A DNA stretch of 64,000 bases from Amoebidium appalachense (taxonomy: Eukaryota; Protista; Ichthyosporea), in NCBI GenBank assembly GCA_963693365.1, contig CAVNZM010000005.1, positions 5,091,167-5,155,166 of the forward strand. The letters run 5' to 3'. The notes under the pieces are model-generated. The model saw only the letters and a list, made by a program, of their open reading frames with translations, did not search any database and was not told where the DNA came from. The position numbers were made by a program, and so were the translations under genes. Numbering within the stretch: the first letter of the stretch is position 1; the number at the start of each line of letters is the position of its first letter. Shown piece by piece: positions 23,302-35,962 of the stretch.

Positions 23302-24839
23302 CGGCCAGATGGTTGAGGGGTCCTGGTAGGTAGGATGCCTGTAACGTAAATTGGTATTGCATTTCCATGCGGGTGATGAACCGAATAAGTTTGGCCATCA
23401 CGGGGTGGGGGGAAGACCGGGAGTGCAGGTCAGACACAGCACCCGTGTTGTCGCATAAAATACGGACATGGTGGGTGGACCAGGAGGGGGCCCAGAGGGC
23501 CACGGCGGCTGCGATGGCCAGGAGTTCGATGACGGAAGAACCGAGTTTACCCTCATGAGCATAGAGGGCTTGGGTGGAGGGGGACCAGGGCATGAAGAAC
23601 CATTGGTCGAGCCAGTGGCCACCTAGACCCACCGATCCGGCAGCATCAGTGGCCAGGGTGGTGTATGTGGGGGGTGTGATGAGGTGCACCCCATTCCATG
23701 ATGTGAGGAACTGGTGCCATTCGGCTATGTCGGCCCGGGCGGCAGCAGTCAGTCGTATGTGGTGGTGGCCGGCAAGGTGTGGGTGGGTCCGGAGAAGGGC
23801 CCATAGGCGCTGGGAGAAGGCCCTCCCGGGGGGAACCAGCTGGGCACACCAGGTGAGTTTGCCGAGGAGGGACTGGAGGTCCCGAATGGTGATGGTGGGC
23901 TTTGGGTGGGAAGTGAGGTCGAGTAGGTCCGAGAGCTTGGAAGCCGGGATTCGTGCCTCCATGGCGATGGAGTCGAATTCGATACCGATGAAGACGACAC
24001 GGGTAGCCGGGCCCTGCATCTTGTCTTCGGAGATGGCAATGTGCAGCTCTCGGCAGAGTTGCAGAAAGGTGGATAGGTGACGTTGGCACTGCTGTTGTGT
24101 GGGGGCGACTATAATCCAGTCGTCTACGTAGTGGCGGATGAGGGTAATACCGTGCTGGTGTGCCAGCCACTGTAGGGTGGCCGCGATCCGTTCCCAGATG
24201 GCTGGGCTAGATTTCAGGCCGAAGGGCAGTCTGGTTTCAACGTAAAAATGCCCTTGCCATTTGAATGCCATTAAGTGGTGGTCTTCCGGTCGGATGGGCA
24301 TGTGCCGGAAGGCAGCCTGCACATCTGCCACGGCCATGTAGCAGCCGGGGCCTGCGTCGAGAATGAGTTGGGTGACATCCCGGGCGCGAATGTACTGAAG
24401 TTCGTCGGGGTAGGTGATGCTGTCATTGACACTGCTACCCCGGGGCCAGGAGAGGTGGTGGATTCGACGGTACTTGGGGGGGTTCCCTTTCTTGGTAACG
24501 GCGCCGATGGGGGGAGGAACGGTGGACGGGAAATTCGTCAAAGAATTGGGCCGGGGAGAGGGGGCCGCGCAGGTGGCCGAGGGCGACTTCTTTGGCAATA
24601 TCCACCGTGATAGCGGCAGCTGCCTCCGGGGTGGTGGGTAGGTTGGGGCCCACCCGAGAGGTGGAGGGGCCGCGATAGCCGATGTCGACGCCGAATTCGA
24701 CATCGTGGAGGAGTTGTGCGGCGAATGGTTGGTCCGGGTAGGAGGCCAGCAGTTCCCGGAGGCGGGAGGTGTCAATGTGGTGCTGGGGCAGCGGGCGGGC
24801 CTCCGGGTCTGAGCCTCGGGGGAAGGGGGTGGTTAGCAA
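23186..24839 (-). CDS. Reverse transcriptase-RNase H (pol) of the retrotransposon (one +1 frameshift in a C run at about 24509-24514; start unresolved)
   Basis: RT motifs SPIGAVTKK, KYRRIHHLSWP, ADVQAAFRHMP, RLPFGLKSSP, HYVDD. RNase H motifs ATDAAG, IELLAI, LCDNTG, NHLADAISR. The upstream part (LRELLASYPDQ...GVDIGYRG) lies in an adjacent frame, joined by deleting one C. Confidence 0.92.
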
Positions 24840-25323
24840 GGGTGGTGTACCCTTGGGGAGATCCCGGCAGCGGGGGGGGGGGGGGGGGGGGGGGGGGTTT
24901 GGGGGGGGGGGGGGGGGGGGGGCAGCAGGGCCCCGGGGGGTTAGAGTAGGGCAGCTTGGCCCAAGTGAGGGTTGGCAGGCCTGGGAGGGCAGCGGGGCCC
25001 GTGCAGGGGAATGTGCCCGAGCACGCGGGGGTGTGGGCGGACACAGCGGTAGAAGAAGGGGGGGGAGGGAGTGCTAGGTGAGTGTAAGGGGGGGGGGAGG
25101 CTCGTGGGATGGGGGGGGGGGGGAGTAAAATTATGTGCAGTGGCCAGAATAAACGTCTTTGTATAGGGACATTTATTCTTGACGCGCGCGGGCGCCGTAG
25201 TTGGCCTGCGAAATTTTGTACTCAGCCCTATTGGCCCGTTCTCCCGAGCTCCGTTTCCCTGTACTCGTGTGTCCTAGCTCCGAACCCCTATGTTCTAGCT
25301 GTGTGTGTGGGTGTGCGCGTAGA

Positions 25324-26493
25324 CTAGGCATTGTGCTTGCAGTCTTTGCGGGGGTGTGTGCCAGAGCAGAGCGGGCACACGTGGGAGAAGGGGCAGGGCT
25401 GCTTAGCGCAGGACCGACCGTTAATGTGGAAATTCCTGCAGTGCGTCGCGGGTAGATCCACGAGTCGGGCCGGTTTGGCCGGGCCGGGTTGCGGGCCAGG
25501 GCGGTTAGGGGTGTGACCCCCGCCGGGCTTGTGGGGCGGCTTAAAGCCGTCAAGACCACAGCCGGGCTTGGGGTACATGGGGCAGGCCGCGCTGGGGTGG
25601 TCGGGGAAGCCACAGCGCTGACATGCGTCCTGGATGAGCAGGGTGGGTGGCAGGAGGAGATCCTGGTGGAGTTGGGCGAGCAGGTTGGGGCACTCGATCG
25701 GAGCCCGACCCTGCTGGTGGGCCACGGTGCGGGCGTATACGTCATAGTTGTGGATCTGGGCCCACGGGTATCGGGTGCTGAGGCGAGTGATGTGCTGAGT
25801 CCAAAGTACGTCTTTGTCCGTGGGAAGGCCGAGGTGGTGCTTGGCGGCCATGTAATGGGTCCAAGCATGGATCCAAATGACGAGTGAACGCAGGGGAACG
25901 GGTTTGTCTTGGCGAAAAGTCTCGATGCTGCCGTCGTCGGCCATGCGCAGACGCTGACCTTTCTTGGATGGGGCCAGGAGGGCGGCGGGGGTGAACTTAT
26001 ACAGGTCGACGAAACGATTGGCGCGCAAATCTGCCAGCACATCCGCGGGGGGAAGCGGGAGTGTGCCCGGCTGAATGTCGCCAGTGTTCTCACCTGTGAT
26101 GGGGGGCGCGGGCAGGGCAGGCAGGTCAAGGTCAGGGCCGAGATGCAGCCCCGGGGAAACCTCCCCGGGTGTGGAGGGCGCGGCGGGGGGCGCGGGAGGG
26201 TCGCGGTTGGTGAGAGCAGCCAGGACGCCAGCCATCTGGGTGCTGATGGCGGTGAGGGCGGCCAGGACGGCGTCTTGAGAAGTCATCTGCGGGGACGGCG
26301 GGGCCTGAGGGGGGACTTCAGGGGTGGAGGGGAGAGTAGCCGGCGGGTCCGGGTCCGTGGTGGTATGGGCCGCTGGAGGCGCGTCAGTGTCCGCGGGAGC
26401 GTTGGTCAGCCTGTGGCGGAGGTCGCTGCGGGTCAGGCGCTTAGGTGCCGCGGCAGGGGCGGCGGCTGAGGCCTGGCGCTTTTTCGGCGGCAT
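25324..26493 (-). CDS. Gag-like ORF1 of the retrotransposon (389 aa)
   Basis: Intact ATG-to-TAG ORF immediately downstream of repeat A1, with an N-terminal PPKKR. It has a CCHC knuckle (CQRCGFPDHPSAAC) and a C-terminal Cys/His cluster (CRNFH...C...CPFSHVCPLCSGTH...C) typical of DIRS/Ngaro Gags. Confidence 0.85.
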   Translation of the reverse strand: MPPKKRQASAAAPAAAPKRLTRSDLRHRLTNAPADTDAPPAAHTTTDPDPPATLPSTPEVPPQAPPSPQMTSQDAVLAALTAISTQMAGVLAALTNRDPPAPPAAPSTPGEVSPGLHLGPDLDLPALPAPPITGENTGDIQPGTLPLPPADVLADLRANRFVDLYKFTPAALLAPSKKGQRLRMADDGSIETFRQDKPVPLRSLVIWIHAWTHYMAAKHHLGLPTDKDVLWTQHITRLSTRYPWAQIHNYDVYARTVAHQQGRAPIECPNLLAQLHQDLLLPPTLLIQDACQRCGFPDHPSAACPMYPKPGCGLDGFKPPHKPGGGHTPNRPGPQPGPAKPARLVDLPATHCRNFHINGRSCAKQPCPFSHVCPLCSGTHPRKDCKHNA

Positions 26494-26532
26494 GCTGACC
26501 GGCGTAGGGAAAGATAGGGAGAATGAAAAGGA

Positions 26533-26882
26533 GTGAAAAGGAATATATAGCTGTAAGGCTGTGGATGCTAAACACAGAAGATGTGTTTGTAGCTTGCTGA
26601 TCTGCTAAAAACTGTCGTGCTTATATACCTAAGCCTACCGATCTGAACCAATCAAAAATCGATCTAGTGATATGTGAAATCTGATCCGAGCCAATCATAA
26701 CTCGGTCTAGTGATCTGTGGTATCTGATGTTTTGACTGGCTAATAGGTGCCCGTGTGCGGGCAGCCAACCGCTAACTGCTAAAACACGAAATGAAGCCTA
26801 CATGGTTATGTTGGTATCGAACACCCATCCTACGTGTTTACCCAGAAAAATATTTATGTCAATAATTTCCACAAATAAAACC
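26533..26882. repeat. Split direct repeat A1 (5' terminal repeat) of the YR retrotransposon
   Basis: Matches 21633-21982 at an exact offset of 4900. Confidence 0.9.
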
Positions 26883-27268
26883 GCATTGTCCCCTATCACT
26901 GTCAGTCTTGCCAACTCTTCTTTGTTGTCTTGATTGATATACTTCTGTGTAATGTTGATGACCCAAGCTAGAAACCCAGGAAAGAATGGAAGGTAAACTG
27001 TGAAGAATGATTTCACGATCCCGTTGAAACGGAAATTCCCATTTGAAAATTCCGGCTCGTATACACACACAAGTATCCGCAACAGGCCCACGATGATGGC
27101 AAGCTGCCGGATGGGGATACAATACCACATCAAGAACGGGTTGAAGAATATTCTCGGTGCCTGGAAGAAAAGAGGTGTCAGATAGGTACCCTCGAGTGAT
27201 GTGGAGGTGGTTGTGGCGTGCATACTGTGCATATCTGTGTGGATGAGCTTGAAGTGTGTGTTTGTCAC

Positions 27269-27357
<89 letters not shown>

Positions 27358-27424
27358 ACAGTGTATGTGTGTGTCACAGTGCATGTGTGTGTGTGTGCTT
27401 GTGTGCTTGTGTGTGCGCGCGCGC

Positions 27425-27536
<112 letters not shown>

Positions 27537-29089
27537 ATGTGGGTTTGTGTGTATGAGCCTGTGAGTGATTGAGCCGGAGTCACGTGTGAGTGTGTGGGTG
27601 GGTGTGGCATGGCATGCATGGCTTATTTAGGCGAGGGTGTGTCTGTGTGCGTCACGATGTTGGGGGGATGGGGAGGGGGTGGGGGGGTGGGGGGAGGGGG
27701 GGGGGGGGTGGGGGGGGGGGGGGGGTGGGGGGGGGGGGGGGGAACGGAAGGGAAGAGGGGATAGCAGACGCCGTGAATATATACGAATTAAGGTTGTGCA
27801 CGTAGAAGACTCTGAGATTCAGCTCATTAATTCATCAGCCTGGATGGTGGCAGAGTTGAACATCATCCGATGATGATGCCATGGAGTAAGTGCAAGGGCA
27901 TTCGAATTCATGGAGTAGCTTTCGTAAGTTAAGTCGCAAATGTATTGCGGGAAGATTTGCAGACCAGCAGGTACCACCGGTGTGTCACAGTTCACATGCA
28001 GAAATATGTGAGGAAACTTTAAAACCGTGCCACAGACGAATAAAAACGGGGTCACCTATGCTAACGCATATGTGTGTTATGTCGGTTAGTCTTGGCCGCG
28101 GTTTAACAGTTACTCATGAACGTCACGGGAATGTACAAATACGTTCAAGAACCCGACGACAGACACTCTCCCACCCATTGCCCACACACACAGAATGTAA
28201 CTAATTGGCCGGGAACGCAAACGTTCATATCCCTTGCACAGCCTTATCATGATCATTGTGCACGGCCAGTCTCGACCCGAATTCGTGGCATGGTTCGGTG
28301 TTACAACACATTCAAATGGTTGCTGCAAACAGTACTTACATTTCGGATTTTGTCGACGTATGCAGCCGGAACTCGAATGAAGTAAATCTCGTTGTGGGCG
28401 AAGGTGGCAGTCCACCCAACAAGCGGTAGCAAACCATATTTGCAGCGATTGTTTGCGTGCCTATGCCACATTAAGGTGGTGAAAATGGCCAAACATGGAT
28501 ACACAACACCCAACACACATGCTGCTGCCAGCTGCGTGGTTGCTATTTCTGAGTTCATTTCCGATTGGAAATGGTGTTACTAATAATCCTATGAGCTTGT
28601 GGTTGTTACGGCATAATAATCGACCACATTCAAATTTACTGTGCGTGCATATACTGTATTCGGGACATGTCATGACCGACGTCAGTGAAAGGAATTTATT
28701 TAGTTTTTAAGACGATCATGGGAAGTAAGAAACTGCTTGCTGTAAAGACTCACCTCCATAATATTCATTACTAAGTTAATGAGTTAAAAAATGCACGTTA
28801 CCCAGTGGCCAGTAAAAGTATCTACATGTAGTGCACTTGGAGTCAATTGAGCTTCACAGTGAACGGAACTGACTCCGAGTTGAAGCTACTGATACGTGTG
28901 GTGAGTACCACTACTGTAACAACAGTCATATATAAGCGAGGATACAAAGGTATGAATCTAGGTACTCGGAAGTGGCGAAAGTAAACTGCCTTGTGCTTCA
29001 AGTTTGTGCTAGGACTTCTGAATGTGTGCACATCCGCGGGCCCACCTCTCTTCCCCCCCCCCCCCCCCCCCCCCCAGATTCTCCCCCCC

Positions 29090-29120
<31 letters not shown>

Positions 29121-29357
29121 ACCAACCACCACTGACCGGTACCACCACTACCGCCAGCACCCAAACCCCCCCCCCCCTCCCCCCCTACCCACCGGCCCGT
29201 TCACAAAAAGAGAAAGGAAAGGGGTTACGAACCGAAAGCAAGAAAGAAAGAAGTGAGAAAATTGAGGAAAACGGAATAACTAGGAGGAAAGGGAAAAGAA
29301 TGGGAAAAATAAAAGACTCCAACAGCACGAAGAAGGGTCGTCAAACAGAACGGACAT

Positions 29358-29539
29358 ACCTCCGCCATAATGCAATGCGGTTCCCAGCCAATCGTTGCAG
29401 GCCTACATTTATGGCATCTCTGCAATGTGATTGGGTATGGGAGAAACACACAGTTACACACTCGTTCTGATCCAAATTAAAGGGTCAAGAAAGGCCTTTT
29501 CTGCTTCGGAACCTACGGCTACGTCGGTTTATGTCGGTC

Positions 29540-29577
<38 letters not shown>

Positions 29578-29710
29578 ACCCCCACCCCTCTCCCCCACCC
29601 CACCCCCCCCCCTTCAACTCTCCCTCCCTCCCTCCCTCCCTCCCTCCCTCCCTCCCTTCCTTCCTCCCTCCCCCCCCTCTCTCACACATGTACACACACA
29701 CACACACACA

Positions 29711-29745
<35 letters not shown>

Positions 29746-30282
29746 TCCCCCCCTCTCTCTCTCCCTCGTGTGTGTGTGTGTGTGTGTATCTTCCCCCCCT
29801 CCCCCCCCTTTCTCTGTGTGTGTATTTGTGTCACAGTTTTGCACAGTTCTTGTGCAACCGAGTGCATGTGGTCTGTGTGCGGTTGCTTTTTTGACCTTTG
29901 GTTTAGTTTTTGGTATTCACGTGAACAAAGTTTTCCCATGCAAAGCCATGAAGCTACATGGTGGTTGGGAAGGGGGAAATCAAAGAAGGGATTTCAAAAT
30001 TGTTTTTTTTGGTTAACGTTGTTATTGTTGGCGGCCAGGGGGGGGGGGGGGGGGGGGGAGATGTATATTCTGAATCAGATATAAAGTTTCAGAAGTAAGA
30101 ATGGTTCAGCTGAATTGGTAGTCTCGTGCACTCATTCAAACCTGTAAGCGAACACACCCCCAAATCTGCATGTCGAAATGTTGATTCCAACAGACCTTGC
30201 ATCCAGCCTTATTGCCCTTGGGGGGGGGGAGGCGGGGGTTGAGGGGGGGAGGGGGGGGGGGGGTGGCTACATGGGCGCAGGA

Positions 30283-30315
<33 letters not shown>

Positions 30316-30651
30316 GGAGGGGGGGGCTGGAAGAAGTAGCCTGTCAGATGATATACCTGAAGGCAGAGTGGGTGTCTTGTTGCATAGGCAGTAGTCTAGA
30401 AGACCATGGATGGATACACAGAGGCAGTGCCGCAGACTGTGTGCATGTGAGGGGTGTGTGTATTCTGTATGCGCGCGCGCGCGCGTCACAGTGTGTGTAC
30501 CAATGGCATGATATGTGTGTGTCGGCGACAGGTGTTTAAACGTGTGTGTAGCCTGATGTGTTTGTATTATGGTGCATGTGTGTGGATGTATGTGCATCTG
30601 TGTGTACCTTCACGTGTCACAGCGTACGTGTGTTCATGATACTGTGACCGT

Positions 30652-30717
<66 letters not shown>

Positions 30718-30900
30718 ATGTGTATTTATGCAGGTGTGGATTTGTTTTAGTCGGAGCAGTAACTTAGTATTAGAAGTGATGAAGGAAAAACCTGCATGCC
30801 CGTGCAGATGCCCAGAAAAGAATCGATAGAATCCAGTCAGAGCCTGTGCAACTGTGTCCGCTTGTCATGTCTTAAAGTGAGGTTGCAGCATCTTACCCCT
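29358..30900 (-). pseudogene. Degenerate partial copy of the unknown gene at 43365-49117
   Basis: Exon remnants about 29358-29519, 29850-29960, 30355-30405 and 30810-30900 align with 44363-44503, 44764-44877, 45118-45164 and 45420-45510. They contain several frameshifting indels and a degraded acceptor site, and no last-exon equivalent is seen. Confidence 0.75.
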
Positions 30901-31568
30901 GCTGCGACTCTTCCAAACGGTTGGTTTTTATTTGAGAAGGCGCCAGCAACCTGTCTCCATCTGTCTAGATCTCTACCCCCCCCCCCCCCCCCCCCCCCCA
31001 CACACACACACCCCTACCATATGCCCCCGATGATCCCCCCCTCCTCCCTTCCCCCCTGACCACCTCCACCCCCTCCCCCCCCCCCCCCCCCCCCACTCTC
31101 CCCACCGCCTTTTCACGTCATTCCAACGTGCCCCACTTTTTATGATTTCCTCCTTTCCCCTTCTCCTCTCCCACTCCCCTCGGGCCCCCCCACCCCCATC
31201 CCCTTCTTCTTCTTCTATCATGATACTCATGCCTCTGTATATAAGGTCAGGAAAATTTACCTGCATGTGAAAAGATTGGAAAGGTGGGGGGGGGGGGGGG
31301 GGGAGGGGGGGGAGGGGGGAGGGGGGGGGGGGGAGGGGGGGGGGGGGATGAGTGCAAGCGGTGGGGCAGGTGGCATGTGGGTGGGCCCAAGGACTCGGGA
31401 AGGGACTGAGAGTGTTGGGGGGTTTTTCAAGTGGAGACATAAAGACCATGAACAAATCCCTACTTGTATTGGGGAGAACTTCAAGGAGTGAGGAGGTGGC
31501 TCGGGTAAGGAGCATTTTTTTTGGGGGGGGGGGGGGGGTGACACAAAAGACGCACGCGCGCGTGCACC

Positions 31569-31644
<76 letters not shown>

Positions 31645-31646
31645 GT

Positions 31647-31720
<74 letters not shown>

Positions 31721-32799
31721 TACACACACACGTACACACACACGTCCATGCACACAAGTAACACACACACAGCAACAGGGAGAGAGAGGGAGTGAGCGAA
31801 AGGTGTGGAGGGAAGAGACGTCGACAGAGAGACGGACAGAGAGAAAGAGAGAAAAGAGAGTGTGTGTGCGCGCGCGTGTGGTTGTGTGTGTGTGAGTGAG
31901 TGAGGAGGGGGGAGAGGCGAGGTAGGGGGGGGGGGGGGGGGGGGGGGGGAGGCACCGGCACCGGTGGGGGGAGAGAGCCAAGCCAATGGAGGCCCCCCCT
32001 CGGGGGGGGGGGGGGGGGGGGAGGGGGGGGGGGGGGGGGTATGGTGAGGATTAGTTCGAAGATTTGTGTTTCTTTCTTTCTAGTGTAAGTACATATGCAA
32101 CGGTTTATCATCTCGCCCTATATTTCTATAGTGTACGTACATGCTAGCTACACACCATGATGCATATAACGATGCCTTACCTATCTGATGAATTAAAATA
32201 TATCACGGTATTTACATGCCTATGCGTAGCGATAGAGACTATCTCAAAGACCGGCCCCGGTTGACTGTTCCAGGTAATAATCAGAAAGATCGTATCATAT
32301 TCCTGCGGTTATAACTTCACATACTACTAGCATTAATTCTAATGTGACTAGCAAAGATAAATGGCATGTTTTGATAATCCTTCCGTCACTATTTACATAT
32401 GCCCTGAGCAGTTTCGAGATATGCTGGCACAGCATGTGATGCAGGTGTCCGCGCGACATTTTCACTATACAGGGGCGGTTCACTATTAAGATAACAGGTA
32501 AACCGGGGGTAGAGTCTACAAAGGTTCATGGGCGGTAGGGTTCGTTATCTTAACCCCCCCCCCCCCCCCTCCCCCCCCCCCCCCCCAGGCAATCGTATAG
32601 GGGGGGGGGGGGGGGGGGGGGGGGGGGAGGCCTGGGTGGGGAGGGGGGGAGGAAGGGTGGGTGGGGGAGGAGGGGAGGGGGGCGGGGGGACTGGGGGTAC
32701 GAGTAGGCTATAGGTGTTTAGTACGGATACGAGTAGGCGTTATTTTTTTCTTTTGAAGCGCGTACTTGTGGACATACACCATACGCACGTGCACGCACA

Positions 32800-32877
<78 letters not shown>

Positions 32878-33399
32878 AAACAAACAGACGCACACGCGTG
32901 GGCGCAAACGGGTGCATACGCTCGCACACACACACACACTCTCTCTATCAGACAGTTAACGTGTGGGAGACACACACACAATGATTTGGTATTTTCACCT
33001 TGTATGTACGGATGTAGGAAGCCAAGAAACTTTGACTCATGCTGCTGCCAGATGCTTTTTTTTTTTTTTTTTGAAGTTGTGCACGTTCACCCCGGGAAGT
33101 CAAAGCCTTGCCCCCCTTCCCCCTCCCCCCCTTCCCCCCCTGAATACACCTCTCTGTTATTATAATTCTCCCCAGCCTTGATAGACTCTAGAATCTTAAA
33201 TGTTTTCAAAAAATCTAGACGCTAGAATCTTATAAGTGATTGATCTTAATTGTGAACCACCCCTGTACTAGGTATCCAAGATTATCCACATATTAAGCAC
33301 CATGTGTATAATTCAATAATATTTGTCTATGTACATACACGTTTGATGTTGCCAGTGTCACGGGATGTGTGAAGCTGACAGTGTGTGTGAGCGCACGCG

Positions 33400-33496
<97 letters not shown>

Positions 33497-33701
33497 CGCG
33501 TGCACGTCTGACACCGCACGCGCGTGTCTGTGGTGTGTGTAGAGGTGAGGGAGCCTCGTGGTTGGATCGATATAGTCGACCTTTTATGTGCATATAACTT
33601 AGAGAAAACATTCAGGAATCACACTGTCTGACACCACACATCCCTACCAAGTATCAGTCCAAAGAATTGTTAAGCTACTGCATATATCATAACCTAAACC
33701 T

Positions 33702-34701
33702 CTATAGAAAAGCTTCCATTCCGAGTCGACACATGCACCCGTGTGTCCCTGGCGATTCAAGGAAACTCCGGACCCTGGGAGCATCGCTCGAAGAACCAAC
33801 AGTGATGATTGGAGAACCCATGGAAAAATCAGTCGTGCAACCTGGATTATCCTTCGATGCACTTTGAGGCTGATACTCCAACTTATCCGCGATTTTCTGC
33901 TTTTTTTCGAATGTTTTTGATGGCGCCTCACCGGGGACTCTGGTGATTGCTGTAATGGCGCCGGGAGCCTGGCCGGTAGTGCTTCCTGACACAAATGTCA
34001 TGCCGTTACAGTTGGACCCGGACATCACACTCTGTGTCTGCAAAGTAAACATTGATTTCAGTTCCGTGGCAAACTGGGCGTAGTTGGGCGTGTGCTTGAT
34101 GATCGTGCAAGAGTGGATGTGATGATTTGATGTTCGGAATGTGAGTTGACTGCGAATCGTAGCCATAGCATATATGAAGTGCGCGCCGATGTATGTGCTT
34201 GTATGAGTGTGTGTGTGGCTGTACATATGTGTCTCTGTAGTTATGCCAATGGGCCGTACGGGTGTGTTAAGGGTGGGGGCGGAGGGAGGGGGTGGGGGGG
34301 GGGGGGGGGGGAGGGGGGGATCAGTTATTGTTGGCTCTCTGACTCATACTGAGCCCAAGGGTACAGTAATCACAGCCAGCAGAGAAGGAATGAGACAGGG
34401 CTGAGTTTCAACAATGCGCACAAACGGGAGAAATGTTGACAGCGCTAAAGCACGTGAGACCCAGGCCACAGAGCTATGGAGGTTGACGAGACTAATACTG
34501 GTGGTTTTGATCTAAACCAGAGCAACTATGCCCTAAGGAGGCAGAACAGATGTCACTATTATTACATTGTAGTGCTACTCCCGTATTCACTTACCCCCCC
34601 CCCCCCCTCCTCCCCCCTCTCCGCCCTCCATCTCCTGTTGCCTGTCGTACAAATGTAGATGCAGGCGGGCGCACTCGCACAGCCCGGGTGCGCACACACA
34701 G

Positions 34702-34758
<57 letters not shown>

Positions 34759-34834
34759 AATTTACACACAAACACACACACAAACACACTGTACAAACAC
34801 ACGCACTGAGTTGCACGCACATGCGTGCGTGCAT

Positions 34835-34890
<56 letters not shown>

Positions 34891-35931
34891 CTACAACTCG
34901 TCACGAACAAGATCATAAATTAGGGCAGTATTACTGGGTAAACCTGAAGACAGCTTGAAACAGTGCAGTAGTGACAATAATAAGAAGAACCCGTCCCTAA
35001 GGCATGATAACCAGCGCCATCAGAATGGAAATTGCATAGGCTTAAGCTTGAACATAAGCCAAACCTTCTAACGTACCTTCAAGAGGCTGTTTGAGAGGCC
35101 ACGCTGCCTCATCTTCTCCGCACTCCGCAAGGTCTTAAAGAACAAAACCAACACCAACCCGCTCTCGATGACGGGCAGTGATAAGTTGATCCACGCAACG
35201 TACCCCATGATCTGGTTGTAATACACTTTATCGTCCGAATGTGCTCGTGCAAGCGCGGCAAGAATGTAATAGTTTTGAACCGCTGTGAAGATGTTGTAAA
35301 CTATGCAGAAGGCCAAATCCATTGCAAAGTAACGCGAAGTGTCGAGGTCAAACGGTTTGAGCGTGGTGCTGGCGCAGTAAAGCGCCATCACAAGTGCGAT
35401 ACCAAACACCGCATAAGAAAATTGAAGGAGATACAGGCATATTTGCACATTATTCCCTACCATTGTTAGCCTTTCCAGCTCTTCGCTGTCGTTTTGATTG
35501 ATATACTTCTGCGCAATGTTGATGACCCAGGCAACAAAGCCAGGAAAGAACGGAAGGTAGACTATGAAAAACGCTTTTACGGTCCATATCCCGTCGGCAA
35601 CTCCGATAGCGCCAGTGGCTAATGGCCTTAAGTTGAACCGGATTCTCCCGTTTGCAAATTTCGGTTTTCCGTAAACACAAGCAAGTACCCTTAGCAGGCC
35701 CACGACAATAGCAAGCTGGCGCAGGGGGATGCAGTACCACATCAGGAACGGGCGAAAGAAAATACTTGGTGCCTGGAAAAAAAGAGGTGTCAGGTCACGG
35801 GGCAGGGTCTGTGTGGGTCGGTGTTCCGTGCCCGTGTGGATGAGGAGTTAACGCGTGTCCGGTGTGTGTGCGTACGATTGTGCGTGCGTGTGTGTGCATG
35901 CGCCCGTGTGTCTGTGTGTGTGTGTACATGT

Positions 35932-35962
<31 letters not shown>

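Larger units (their letters stand above)
21414..26882 (-). mobile_element. Tyrosine-recombinase (DIRS-order) retrotransposon with split direct repeats, Ngaro/PAT-like, full length
   Basis: Minus-strand order is A1-gag-RT/RNaseH-YR-B1-A2-spacer-B2. A is 350 bp (26533-26882 = 21633-21982) and B is 90 bp (21983-22072 = 21414-21503); both pairs look identical by eye. There is no target-site duplication, only a shared C at the junctions. Confidence 0.93.

Noticed and set aside
25173-26129. 318-aa ORF overlapping gag in another frame
   Set aside because: No recognisable motifs, and long open alternative frames are expected in GC-rich coding DNA. Kept only as context for pol expression.
34440-34555. 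Intron segment conserved between the receptor paralogs, as a possible exon
   Set aside because: In-frame stops in the required phase. The similarity is explained by the segmental duplication.
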